The notes beneath the pieces are model-generated. The model searched no databases. It had not been told where the DNA came from and worked only from the letters and a program-made list of their open reading frames with translations. Position numbers and translations under genes: made by a program. From Stylophora pistillata (Eukaryota), in assembly GCF_002571385.2 (NCBI RefSeq), contig NW_019218234.1, forward strand, positions 145,912-209,911: a stretch of DNA of 64,000 bases, given 5' to 3'. Positions 49,201 through 61,200 of the stretch are shown here, piece by piece; the stretch's first letter is position 1; each line of letters starts with the position of its first letter.

Positions 49201-52200
49201 GACTCGCGCCGCCCAACTACCTTGCTTAGGATCTGGGTGTCCTGAAGTTTTGCACTGCAGTAATAACAACAAGAGGAGAAGGATAGAGTTGAAATGAATA
49301 GCAGAATGGAAAAAAAAAACTCTGTATGGCCAATTTTTTAGCTAAAAGTTCTGTAGTGGGTGCATAGGGAAGAGAGCTTGAGACAATGTCGGAGGCCCTC
49401 ATCATTGCTGTTCAAAACCATGCAATACGAACAAATCACATAAAAGCAAATACCGACAAGTCCCGAAAGAACGTCGTTCCCAGAATGTTTTATCTGATAA
49501 AAGAACAATTAGCCACATTGTGAGTGATTGCCCTGAATTGGCCAAAGTTGGAGTGTACGTGGAGGCGTGGCAACATAATAAAGGTACTTGAACTTGGCAG
49601 AAACATGCGGTTTCAGCGGGGGGAGGGCAAGCTGAACATACTGCCGGCCAATTATCTGTGATGGTCAACACGAAAGCTAGTTCTTCATTAATTTTGATAA
49701 CCGATGAATCACATATTATGAGAGTTGCATAATGAGACAACAGAGTGTGAACTTTAGGCCATACCGTATTTTACTCGAATAAACGCCGCCCTCGATACAA
49801 TGCCGTACTCAATTGGTGGACTGTTGTGTTTGTTCGAGTTGTCCTTGTTTGCAGTTTTGTCCACTCCCTTCATTATTTCTCTCTTTTCTCTCCTCTGCCG
49901 TCCTTGTACTTTCACCCACTTCTTTTTCCCTACACTTTTTTGGCGTCGTTTTCATCTAGTAATTTCTTTAGCAGACCAGAAAGTCATGAAACAAGAGAAG
50001 AAAGGAACGCAATCAGGGAAAAGCCTTCAATGACTCGGCCCATTGTGTGAGTTGAAGTCTAGGGAAGGTTGAGCACCTTCATGTGTGTTTTGTATCAATC
50101 CGTTGTCAATACCGCACTTTACTTTAGTGCTACTAATGGCAAACGTAGATCATTCCTCATTTGACATAAAATCGTTTTGGATTTTTATGATTTTTTTTTC
50201 TTTCTTCCCTTTGAAATTGGTTGGTTTTTTCTTTGTTTCCTAGCAGGGATGATGAACACGGTCTGATACAACATTATGCAAAGAGGTATTATACCTATAA
50301 CTAACTTTGTGTTATTTTGAGATACAATGACATATATGAAGTTCATATATTTTGTACTGCGGTATTAGATACATATGATGCACGATCCTTGCAGTAGATA
50401 GCGCTATTTAAGCAATAACGAAAATCAGACCTGAAAAAAATCAGGCCTGTACGGGATTCGAACCACTGACCTCTGCGATACTAGTGCAGCGCTCTAGTAT
50501 CGCAGAGGTCAGTGGTTCGAATCCCGTACAGGCCTGATTTTTTTCAGGTCTGATTTTCGCTATTGCTTAAATAGCGCTATCTACTGCGAGGATCGTGCAT
50601 CATATGTATTTGTGTTATTTTGTTGGTTAAAGCGGTTGAAGAGAATCTCCAAACCAAATAGATTTTTTCGAAAATTCCAATTCTGTCTGGTTTTGACGAT
50701 TCGCACGCACTTTTATTCAATCTCCAGGTCAGTTATCAATATTACATTAGCTGACCCGCAATTAGCCATAGCTCTTTTAAAACTGGTCGGGACAGGTAGC
50801 CCCATGTACGAGTGGAAAGGATATTTTTTTTTCTCCCGAAAAATATTACTCTATTATTTTCTACGTGCAAGCGACCGACAGGACAATTCTGTCAACGGTA
50901 AGAGGGGACGCAAATTCATTGTTTGACACCCACAAGCTTTGGCGGTCATCACATGAGGTTGAGGAAAGTGCTTCGTAGAACTGAGAGATGTCCTCGTCAC
51001 AGAATTATTCCTCTCCTAGCTTAAGGACTGCGTTCTCAGTGCCAAAGGAAAAAGCAGCTGCCAAAAGCTGCTTCATTTAGCCATTTGGGACCAACCGGTC
51101 GAAATTGTTAGCTTTCGTTTTCTCGCACTTGCTCATTGCTTCAAACGCGTAGGAAATCGCCAGCCACGCAGGCTAAGTATTCGATGACTTGGGTCACTAG
51201 AACAGGGGCGTCGAAAGGATTTTTCAAGGGTGTACCCCACCTTTCTGGGCCCTGTGTACTTACCTGGCTGTCCTGTTGGGTGAGGATTGAGTAATGCCTC
51301 CCATTTATATCCTTCTGATTCGCATTCTTTGTGTCAGGAATGATGAGGTTGGCTCAATGTTCATCTTATAACTGAGTGGGTTCACAGGACTCTTTCTAGC
51401 TACGCCTTTGTGCAAGGTCGAAAAATAGCCCATTTGTCCCAGAGAAATTCATTTTAGTTTTGATTGTTGCGTGGTTTTCTCAAAATGAACTGTCTTAAAG
51501 ATAACTTAGCACTTGTCTTTATTGTTTCACTAATTTTAAATGATGTTTTCTTCTCTCACTCCTTTTTTTCCTAGCTTGACCGGCGAACCAGAGTCAATGG
51601 TAGGTGTTTCAGAGGAGTTGACTACTGACTTCTTACTGCCATTGTAATTTTTTTCGAAGTTTCGGAAATTAGGCGCACCTCAGCAAAATATAGTAAGTTT
51701 TTCGTTCTGGTCTCAGCTGGGAATCACGTAAACTAAACCAGAATGACTGAAATTAAAAGGAAGCTGGTCGTTATTTGATGTCGCATGCGTAAGCGATGAT
51801 GAAAGATCGAATCCAACTTTTTTAATTTAACATTGCCCATGGCTATTCGAGCTTTGAAACATTTTTAAAGTGCGACCTTGTATAGCGTTCATTGATATGA
51901 TTAGGACAATGTTTGCACATAGACCGGAGAGGTTGTAATCCTAAAGTGTATATTATGTCATCTTTTCAGTCTCCCGGTTCTGCTCAAGTCGCAAGAGACA
52001 GAGATAGTCAAAAGAAGGTAGAATTGGAGCATCTGATCAAAAGTTTGGAAAACGATAACAGGTGTGTTGGCATGCACAGGTGTCTGCTCACTCTCGTCCT
52101 AACGCATTCTTTCTCCAGAAATTCTGCACGCTGAGGTGAAAGTGAAATACCATATACGTTGTTGTGGTGCGTACGCCTTTTGTAAGAGTATTCCTTACTA

Positions 52201-55200
52201 TAATGGTTTGAATTTGCATTACTTCTTCTCTTAAGGCATGTGCCATTTGTAAAGGTATTCCTTATTAGAATTGTTGGCATTTGCTTTACCAGTCCTCATG
52301 GATTATGCGCCATTGGTTAAGTATCCTTCATGAGAATGGTGTTAGTTTCCCCTAGTTTTTCTCATAGATCGTGCACCATTTGTGAAAGTAACCTTTATCA
52401 AAACATTCGCGTTTTCTCTTGTAACACTTGTAGAGTTTGGGTCATTTGCTTAAGTACTCCATAATTAAAAAATGGTTTGAGTTTGCTTCACTAGTTATCG
52501 TCGAACGTGCACCATTTGTGTAAGTCTTAGTTTCATTCCGTTTCTTCAACTTGCAAGTTTGGTAAAAAAAACTCAGATTCAGGGGGAATGCTGTTTGAAG
52601 TAAGGGTGGTTCTATCTTTTCTTTCTGTCCAGGGCCTTACAAGGCGAAATCGATAGTATATATCAACTTCGACGTCAGCATCAAAGGGAACCTATCGTTC
52701 CTGTTGAGGACCCTTCCAGAGAGGCCAATTTACGACGCAAGAGGGAACGTTTGGAGGCACGTGAAGAAGTTCTCGAGGAACATAACTATCAGTTGCAAGT
52801 TCAGCTTCATCGTTTAAGGATCCTTCTTCAACAGGTACAGGCAAAGGTTGAGGTACAACGCTCGCAGGATTGGATCTAGCTTAAATTACCTAGGAGCAAT
52901 TAATGAACTACTTCCTACAATGTTGAAAGATTACCGGCCTAACTTGTGAAGAGTAAAAAGAATGTAATCATACAGACGAAACTGTCTTGAATAAGCAAAT
53001 TCTCAGAGCTGCGATACAAAAATTCAGCGGCCGTCTGTTAGGAATGGTTAAAGGGAAATTTCAGTTTTGCCTTAAATGGTACATGCGTGTCGCGATTTGA
53101 TCGCATCTTTTTAAGCGCTGCAATTTTGGGTGGTATGTGATGCCGACAGATGTGATTTGTTTACATGTAGCTGTCTTGAATTTGGGAAAATGTTTATTAA
53201 CTTTATGTTAGTGATGAGATTCGTATTTCTTTGTACACAAAAATAACTAAGTTCCTTTATAGTCATTATATGTGTTATATAACAGCAGAAACCTGTGTAA
53301 GTAGGACTCCTGGGGACAAATTCGTTCAGAAGTAATCCCTAAGATTTTTTCATCAACTTTAAACGGAAAAATACTTTTTTCTCAATTTTAAGATTTCATA
53401 ACCCAGTAGCATTTAAAATGAAATTTAACACGGGAAAGTAACTTTAATTTTGACGTCAAAACCTTGAGCACCGTAATCATGTTTACCGTAGCAGTACGAA
53501 ATGAACTTGATATATGATTGTATGCCCTTTGTTTTATCATCAGAAAGGTTTTGACTGATCAAACTCAGAGGGAATTTGTTACCAAACGTAACAGTAGCTT
53601 CTGCCCAAGTTTTTAAATTTTTTGTCTCGACTTAATATTACTTTGCCCCTTTCAGAGGCTGAAGTGATGTTTTTATTGTTCATCTTAAACACGAAGGCGC
53701 GCTATATAAGGAAGTCTTCCCTGGGAAGACCTAGGCTCATTTGTCACTCACCGTTGACGTGTGCAGTTCAAATTTAAATGCTGGTAGACGAACAAAGGGA
53801 GCTAATGAGATATCTATTTACGTATGATGCACGATCCTCGCAGTAGAGAGCGCTATTTATGCAATAGCGAAAATCAGACCTGAAAAAAATCAGGCCTGTA
53901 CGGGATTCGAACCACTGACCTCTGCGATACTAGTGCAGCGCTCTACCAATTGAGCTAACAAGCCAACTGGGAGCAGGCCGTTAAGTTGATTCGTAATAAA
54001 CCCGTGATGATAAATCAGATACAATGAATATATGAAGTTCATATATTTTGAACTGCGGTATTAAATACGTATGATGCACGATCCTTCGCAGTAGATAGCG
54101 CTATTTATGCAATAGCGAAAATCAGACCTGAAAAAAATCAGGCCTGTACGGGATTCGAACCACTGACCTCTGCGATACTAGTGCAGCGCTCTACCAATTG
54201 AGCTAACAAGCCAACTGGGAGCAGGCCGTTAAGTTGATTCGTAATAAACCCGTGATGATAAATCAGATACAATGAATATATGAAGTTCATATATTTTGAA
54301 CTGCGGTATTAAATACGTATGATGCACGATCCTTCGCAGTAGATAGCGCTATTTATGCAATAGCGAAAATCAGACCTGAAAAAAATCAGGCCTGTACGGG
54401 ATTCGAACCACTGACCTCTGCGATACTAGTGCAGCGCTCTACCAATTGAGCTAACAAGCCAACTGGGAGCAGGCCGTTAAGTTGATTCGTAATAAACCCG
54501 TGATGATAAATCAGATACAATGAATATATGAAGTTCATATATTTTGAACTGCGGTATTAAATACGTATGATGCACGATCCTTCGCAGTAGATAGCGCTAT
54601 TTATGCAATAGCGAAAATCAGACCTGAAAAAAATCAGGCCTGTACGGGATTCGAACCACTGACCTCTGCGATACTAGTGCAGCGCTCTACCAATTGAGCT
54701 AACAAGCCAACTGGGAGCAGGCCGTTAAGTTGATTCGTAATAAACCCGTGATGATAAATCAGATACAATGAATATATGAAGTTCATATATTTTGAACTGC
54801 GGTATTAAATACGTATGATGCACGATCCTTCGCAGTAGATAGCGCTATTTATGCAATAGCGAAAATCAGACCTGAAAAAAATCAGGCCTGTACGGGATTC
54901 GAACCACTGACCTCTGCGATACTAGTGCAGCGCTCTACCAATTGAGCTAACAAGCCAACTGGGAGCAGGCCGTTAAGTTGATTCGTAATAAACCCGTGAT
55001 GATAAATCAGATACAATGAATATATGAAGTTCATATATTTTGAACTGCGGTATTAAATACGTATGATGCACGATCCTTCGCAGTAGATAGCGCTATTTAT
55101 GCAATAGCGAAAATCAGACCTGAAAAAAATCAGGCCTGTACGGGATTCGAACCACTGACCTCTGCGATACTAGTGCAGCGCTCTACCAATTGAGCTAACA

Positions 55201-58200
55201 AGCCAACTGGGAGCAGGCCGTTAAGTTGATTCGTAATAAACCCGTGATGATAAATCAGATACAATGAATATATGAAGTTCATATATTTTGAACTGCGGTA
55301 TTAAATACGTATGATGCACGATCCTTCGCAGTAGATAGCGCTATTTATGCAATAGCGAAAATCAGACCTGAAAAAAATCAGGCCTGTACGGGATTCGAAC
55401 CACTGACCTCTGCGATACTAGTGCAGCGCTCTACCAATTGAGCTAACAAGCCAACTGGGAGCAGGCCGTTAAGTTGATTCGTAATAAACCCGTGATGATA
55501 AATCAGATACAATGAATATATGAAGTTCATATATTTTGAACTGCGGTATTAAATACGTATGATGCACGATCCTTCGCAGTAGATAGCGCTATTTATGCAA
55601 TAGCGAAAATCAGACCTGAAAAAAATCAGGCCTGTACGGGATTCGAACCACTGACCTCTGCGATACTAGTGCAGCGCTCTGCCAATTGAGCTAACAAGCC
55701 AACTGGGAGCAGGCCGTTAAGTTGATTCGTAATAAACCCGTGAACTANNNNNNNNNNNNNNNNNNNNNNNTGAGATATCTATTGTTTACTTCTACCAGCA
55801 TGGTGGCATGAGGTAACGTGCGAACCACCTAATTCGATCACAAATTTATCGCCAGAAATAAAGACAGTTTCCATTGGAGAAAGGAAATACAAATCTAAAA
55901 AATTCTTGTATTGTGATGAAGACATAAAACAATTTTGAGGAATGCGCCCGCTGTTCACTGCTTTGGAGTAGCTGTAGCTCAAACTGACTTGACTCTAAGA
56001 GTTGTACATCACACGACGGTTGATTGACAAATGGTCCAGTGGGACCTAAGGCTTTTTTTAGAGGGCGCCTTCGTGTTTAAGAATAGGTGAAGTGCATATG
56101 CCTCATGCATCACATCACCTCTCTGGAGGAAAAACGAAAGGAATTATCGCGCCGAGTTGACTATAGCCAACATCATGTCAAACGTGTGCTCTTGGAATAA
56201 TTTTGATATTAATTTCTCTTCATTTCGATATTGCTGTGCACGTCTACAATTTGCGTTCCCTCTCAAAATTTTTGAAATGAAAACAAAAGGAAGTCTGTGC
56301 TACTTCCGACCGCTATCAGTGCATAGTAATCAAATGACGTTGGCATTGCTATGCGTCCAGAGCTGAATTAAAACCAAATGTTAAGGAGTTTACCCAGCCG
56401 GAACTGAATATTTTAACAAATAAAAGTCTTTTGAAATGAAAGAAACGTTTAAAGGTACGAGATACAATACTTTCGAGACAAACATTAAAGTCTGTTTGAG
56501 TTCCCTCTCATGCGGCGAGAAGCAAAAATATTGTGCGCAGTTTGTTCAGGCGTTTTGTTTTGTGATGAAGCGTTGACTTCAAACCAATGTAACAATAGAA
56601 AGTGCAACTCCAACCGTTACTGAATGTTGGAATTTTAAGCTTTAACGTCAAATTCTGCTCGTGCGGGAAAAAAAACCTGCAGTGTAATGATCGCTTCTTG
56701 CATGAAACTCGAGTTACAACTTTACTGTCAGCTTTCGATTTCAACGTTTTTGAGAAGATGTAAATACATACCAGCATGTGAATAAACTTCAACAGAGATT
56801 TTGATACCCACCTGTTAAGTAAATCTCTAGATATAAACTTAACATTTACAGTATGTTGCGTAATGAACAGCAATAATTGTAAAATTAAAAGTAAGCTCAA
56901 TTCAACCATTGTTGTCGCTTTATCTATCTGTCATAGGAGGAAAATACATTTTCCGGTCTTCTTGAACACGAGGAGAAAATGGCCTCTATTTTTGCCTTAG
57001 TTAGCTTCAGATACTAATCACCAACCCCAAACGGTAGTGTACCCCTGTTTTCTATCAGAAAATCTCAAATGTACTTCTAAATCGATAATTTTGGTTTCTT
57101 TTCATCTTTTTGAAGGCTTCGTTAAGTGTTTTAACGTTCATTTTAATTGAATTAGAAATCTAAATCTCTATTACCTCCTTAGTACAGATTTCAAAACAAA
57201 TAAATGAATAGTAATAATGAACAAAAAAATATTACATTTTGCAATACTGTAAATATAATATGAAAACACCACTCATTCTTAAACATAATCCTTGTACACA
57301 GAAACAGCTTGTGAACTAAAGCGCCTCAAAAGGTGTTGATTTTGCTCCGTTCCTATCGAGTTTAGTCTCCACACAAATGTACATATATTTCAGGGAAGGA
57401 GTATTTCTTTCAAAATGATAAATCTATTATATTTACGAACGCGTAGTTTAGCATCCGTAGAGTATGAACTGTTTTTTTCTTTTTTTCTTTTTTTTTGTTT
57501 TTTTGTTTTTCTTTTTGCTGCATACCATTCGTTATTCATAAATCAGCATTACGATTGAGGAAAATCCACTGTCTGACTCCTAAATCACAAAAAAAAGTGA
57601 AGAATCGGCTTTACTGCACTGAACTTATCAATTTTACGAGCCACATGCAAATGCTCTACGTTCCATGCCGGGGTTCGAAGTTACGTCACTCAAACCTTCT
57701 AACCTCCATTGTAATGGTTGCGATAGTTTTTCGTAGGGTAAAACGAACAAGAAATGTTTTTTAAATCAAGAGGCAACTGATTAGCCGACCTGTAGTAAGG
57801 GAAGCCTATCGTGATTAAATCTGTTACAAATGAGCGCGTTAGACGAATCATTAATGACTCCAGCATTCTTTTTTACTTACGGGAGAACACAGAACGAAGG
57901 CTTAACAACATTCATAACTTTTCTTTCATGTGTTTTGTCGACCTCTTTTCACAAAAGCTTTGAAATGAAGCTGTGAACGGTCTCATTTACACCAATGGAG
58001 GCGACATATATTTCTAATGGAATGTACCGCACAAATAAGTGCTTTTCGCGCGCGTTGATTGGCCATCTTGATGGTAATTAGCCAACTACTACTCACATCC
58101 GAACAGCTGACGAGAAGCAAAAATATAAATGGCTTCCCATTTCACTGTAATTTGCGGAGGGAAATTTATTAATAAGCGAGGTCTTACCCAAGAACTAAAC

Positions 58201-61200
58201 ACAAAATGAGAACAAAGTTTGGTTCCTAAGTATGTAATGGTTTGTAATGGTAAGATGGTTTATCTTTTTAATTTCAAATTTTAGGACAAAATATCAGTAC
58301 CTCGTTTACGAAAACCAGGGAGCACTATATTTGCTACGTAAACAATAAAACATCTCATGTTGTGCCGCATGGTTTCAACAACGAGGCGAATTTCTCACAG
58401 CATAATGTTAAACTGAATGAACTAAGTTCCTCGGACGGATCAGCTAGTTAAGTGCCTCCGGATCAAGTCAATAAGTTCTTCCAAATGTTTTGTAAGCGTT
58501 GATATGCCGTTCCCGGGAATCGAGATATTTCCCAGCATTGTTTGGTGTAAACTAAAATAACAGATCATCTCAGTGCTGGTGGGCTTGATGGTGAGTATCT
58601 ACCTCCACTTCGGTTAATAATTGAGAAATACGTTCAAGTCCTCTTTACTCGAGCGCTTGGCTTTTATAGCTTTCCTATATCGCGAAATTGTGGCCATTTG
58701 TTCAAGTGTGGGGTTTTGAAAAGGCAAAACTCTAATCCCTCTCGGGATGTCTTGGAGTCGCAACTCTCGACCAGTTTGAGCTTATTCTCAGGCTAATGAG
58801 AATCTTTTGATGAAAAAAAGAAGCGTTAGATAAGATGTAAGATAAAAAGATGCGATATGTCGTTTTATACTTCATTACAGGATGAAGCCATGCAGCTCTC
58901 TTCGCCAGAAAAACCATCTGTTCATCCTTCTTCTAAGCCTTACAGAACTGCGTCACCCTCAGTCGCAACCATTGCTTCTCCCTATACGGGTTCTGAACCG
59001 AACAATACCATGATTTCATCGGAAGTTAATTTTTCTGGTGGCATTAACCAACCTCCTTCCGTGCCAGGCGTGTTACCAACTCACTCCTCAAGCCAACATT
59101 CGTCTGTTCCACAAGCAACATTTCTCACATCAAGTCCATCAATGCAGCTAAATTCTCCTCGGTACTCCTTGTCACTTGGGCATCCTTACCAAAAACCACA
59201 GTTCGGGGAGTTCCAGAGATCCTTGGCAAGTAATCCTTTTCTTCCTAAAACAGCTGCTGAGTTGGGCGTGGCAGGTCGATCCGTCATTTCTCGCGAAGGG
59301 ATTGAGCTCAGTAATATTGTCGATAGAATAACTTCTACTTTCCCTTTGGATGCTCACTCAGGTAATTGTTTCTACACTTCTGTGGAAATCTAGAGACAAC
59401 CTTTGTCGATGACTGTGAGTTAGAGTGTGTAAAAAGTTGTGGATGTGTCGATACTATTGAAGCGCGATTTTGGACACTTTATGCCCTTATGGCCGGCACT
59501 TGGCGGGTGCAAAGCGCAGAATTTGCTAATAACTCATAGAAAAAAAATTATCTAGTCGTCCGAGAACCAAGAGAAATATTTAAAATGGTCAGTACAATTA
59601 GTTTAACAACCACTTTTCAGGTACGCTGCAGAAAGTAAAATTCAACCAAAGTACAATAAAAGCAGCGAGTGGTCGAGTGGTCAGCGTGTCGGAGCTGCGA
59701 TCCGCCGCTCCCGGGTTCAAGTCCCGCCCTGGCCACTACCTGGATTTCTTTCACGGTAGCCCCGAGTTTCAAATCCTCGGCCATGCTTGTAATATAGCCA
59801 ACTGGTTTGCCTTCGTCCAGTTGGGATTCTTAATAATGTTATTTTCAATTTGAATTATTTGTTTCGGTTGTTTGGTGGAAAACCTGTAAACTAGCTTCTA
59901 GCTAAGTGTTTCTCCACGTTAAAAACTGTTTATTATTATTTATTTTTACAGCGTACTAAGAAGTATAAAATCTTGAAATTATCTATATTAAGATTAAGAA
60001 AGATCTATGGGTTTTAATTCAAGATACCTAAAACTGGCAATATATCAATGTTTTGACTGCTGAATAATTTTTTGTAGACTTGCCAGTTGATATACACAAC
60101 GATATTTTTCTTGCTGCAAGTATTATTGGCGAAGCAATGCAGTGTATGGTCACTGAAATGTCGCGGAACACGGGTAAGCAAAGACTCCCAATTTGGACGG
60201 ATATTTTGCAGGACCGGTGTTGGGTAAGATTTTCTCTAGTTTTAGAGTCTTTACACCCGACAGATTCCTATCATACATGTTATTTCCCCTTGTAATACAA
60301 GTTAAAATTGGTTTGTGAATGAAAACATACACTTTCCTTTTTCGTCTGTTTTCATTAGTTTCTAGCATTTCGAATTCTTGTGTACATTTAACGAGCATGA
60401 GACGAGTTGAATTGGTTGATTATCGTTTATTGAAATTGAACAACAAGATGATGTGGGGTTCCCAAAAGAATCAATCTTTTTTCCGAGTTACGTAGAGTAT
60501 TTATCAAGTCATGTTCGTTGCATATGACTTGCTGAAAGCTGGAGGCAATTCCTGTGGGAAGGTTGGAGGCTATCATAGGGACTTTGTGTAAAACTGTTAC
60601 CACAGCTGGCCAGGGAATTTTACAACTATCAATAAAGTAATGGAAAATTATGGAATTTCACAAAACTATGACGGTGGTAACCATGAATCTGTTTTATTAC
60701 ACTGTTGCAATTGCGTTAATTTGCACTACTACTATTTTAAGGTCGATTAAATCTCCATCAATCTACAAAATAAATTTCATCGATTAAAGGTCGAAATTTC
60801 ATCGATTAAGGTCGATTAAATTTCCATCAAACTACAAAATAATTTGTCCCTTTTTCTCACTGTAAAGAATCTGAGAAAGCGGGACTGGAAGCTGGCAGAA
60901 TATTGACTCGAGAGAATGGCGGGACTGACTGCGGTGGGAAGGTAAATGGCTACAGCTTTGAGGCTGGGCACATTTTGGACTGAGTAAAAGAGACGAATGC
61001 TTTGCGAATTATACTGTTTCTTTCAGAATTAGTAAATTAAACAAGGCTTGGAAGCCTTGTCTGTAGTCATATTGACAGATTGGGAGAAGACAGTTATCAT
61101 TATTTGTTCGTTAATTTAAATTTCGTTTACAACATTGTCACCATTATCTGAGGTACTTGTGTGTAATCTCAACCATATTTCGTCATCAGATAATAACTGC

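Noticed and set aside
53819-55747. CRISPR array or functional tRNA gene cluster
   Set aside because: Units are identical with no variable spacers and the context is eukaryotic. The tRNA has T-stem and anticodon-stem mismatches and belongs to a dispersed repeat.
60212-60223. 12-nt micro-exon (cag|GACCGGTGTTGG|gtaag)
   Set aside because: It would need a 38-nt upstream intron, which is implausibly short
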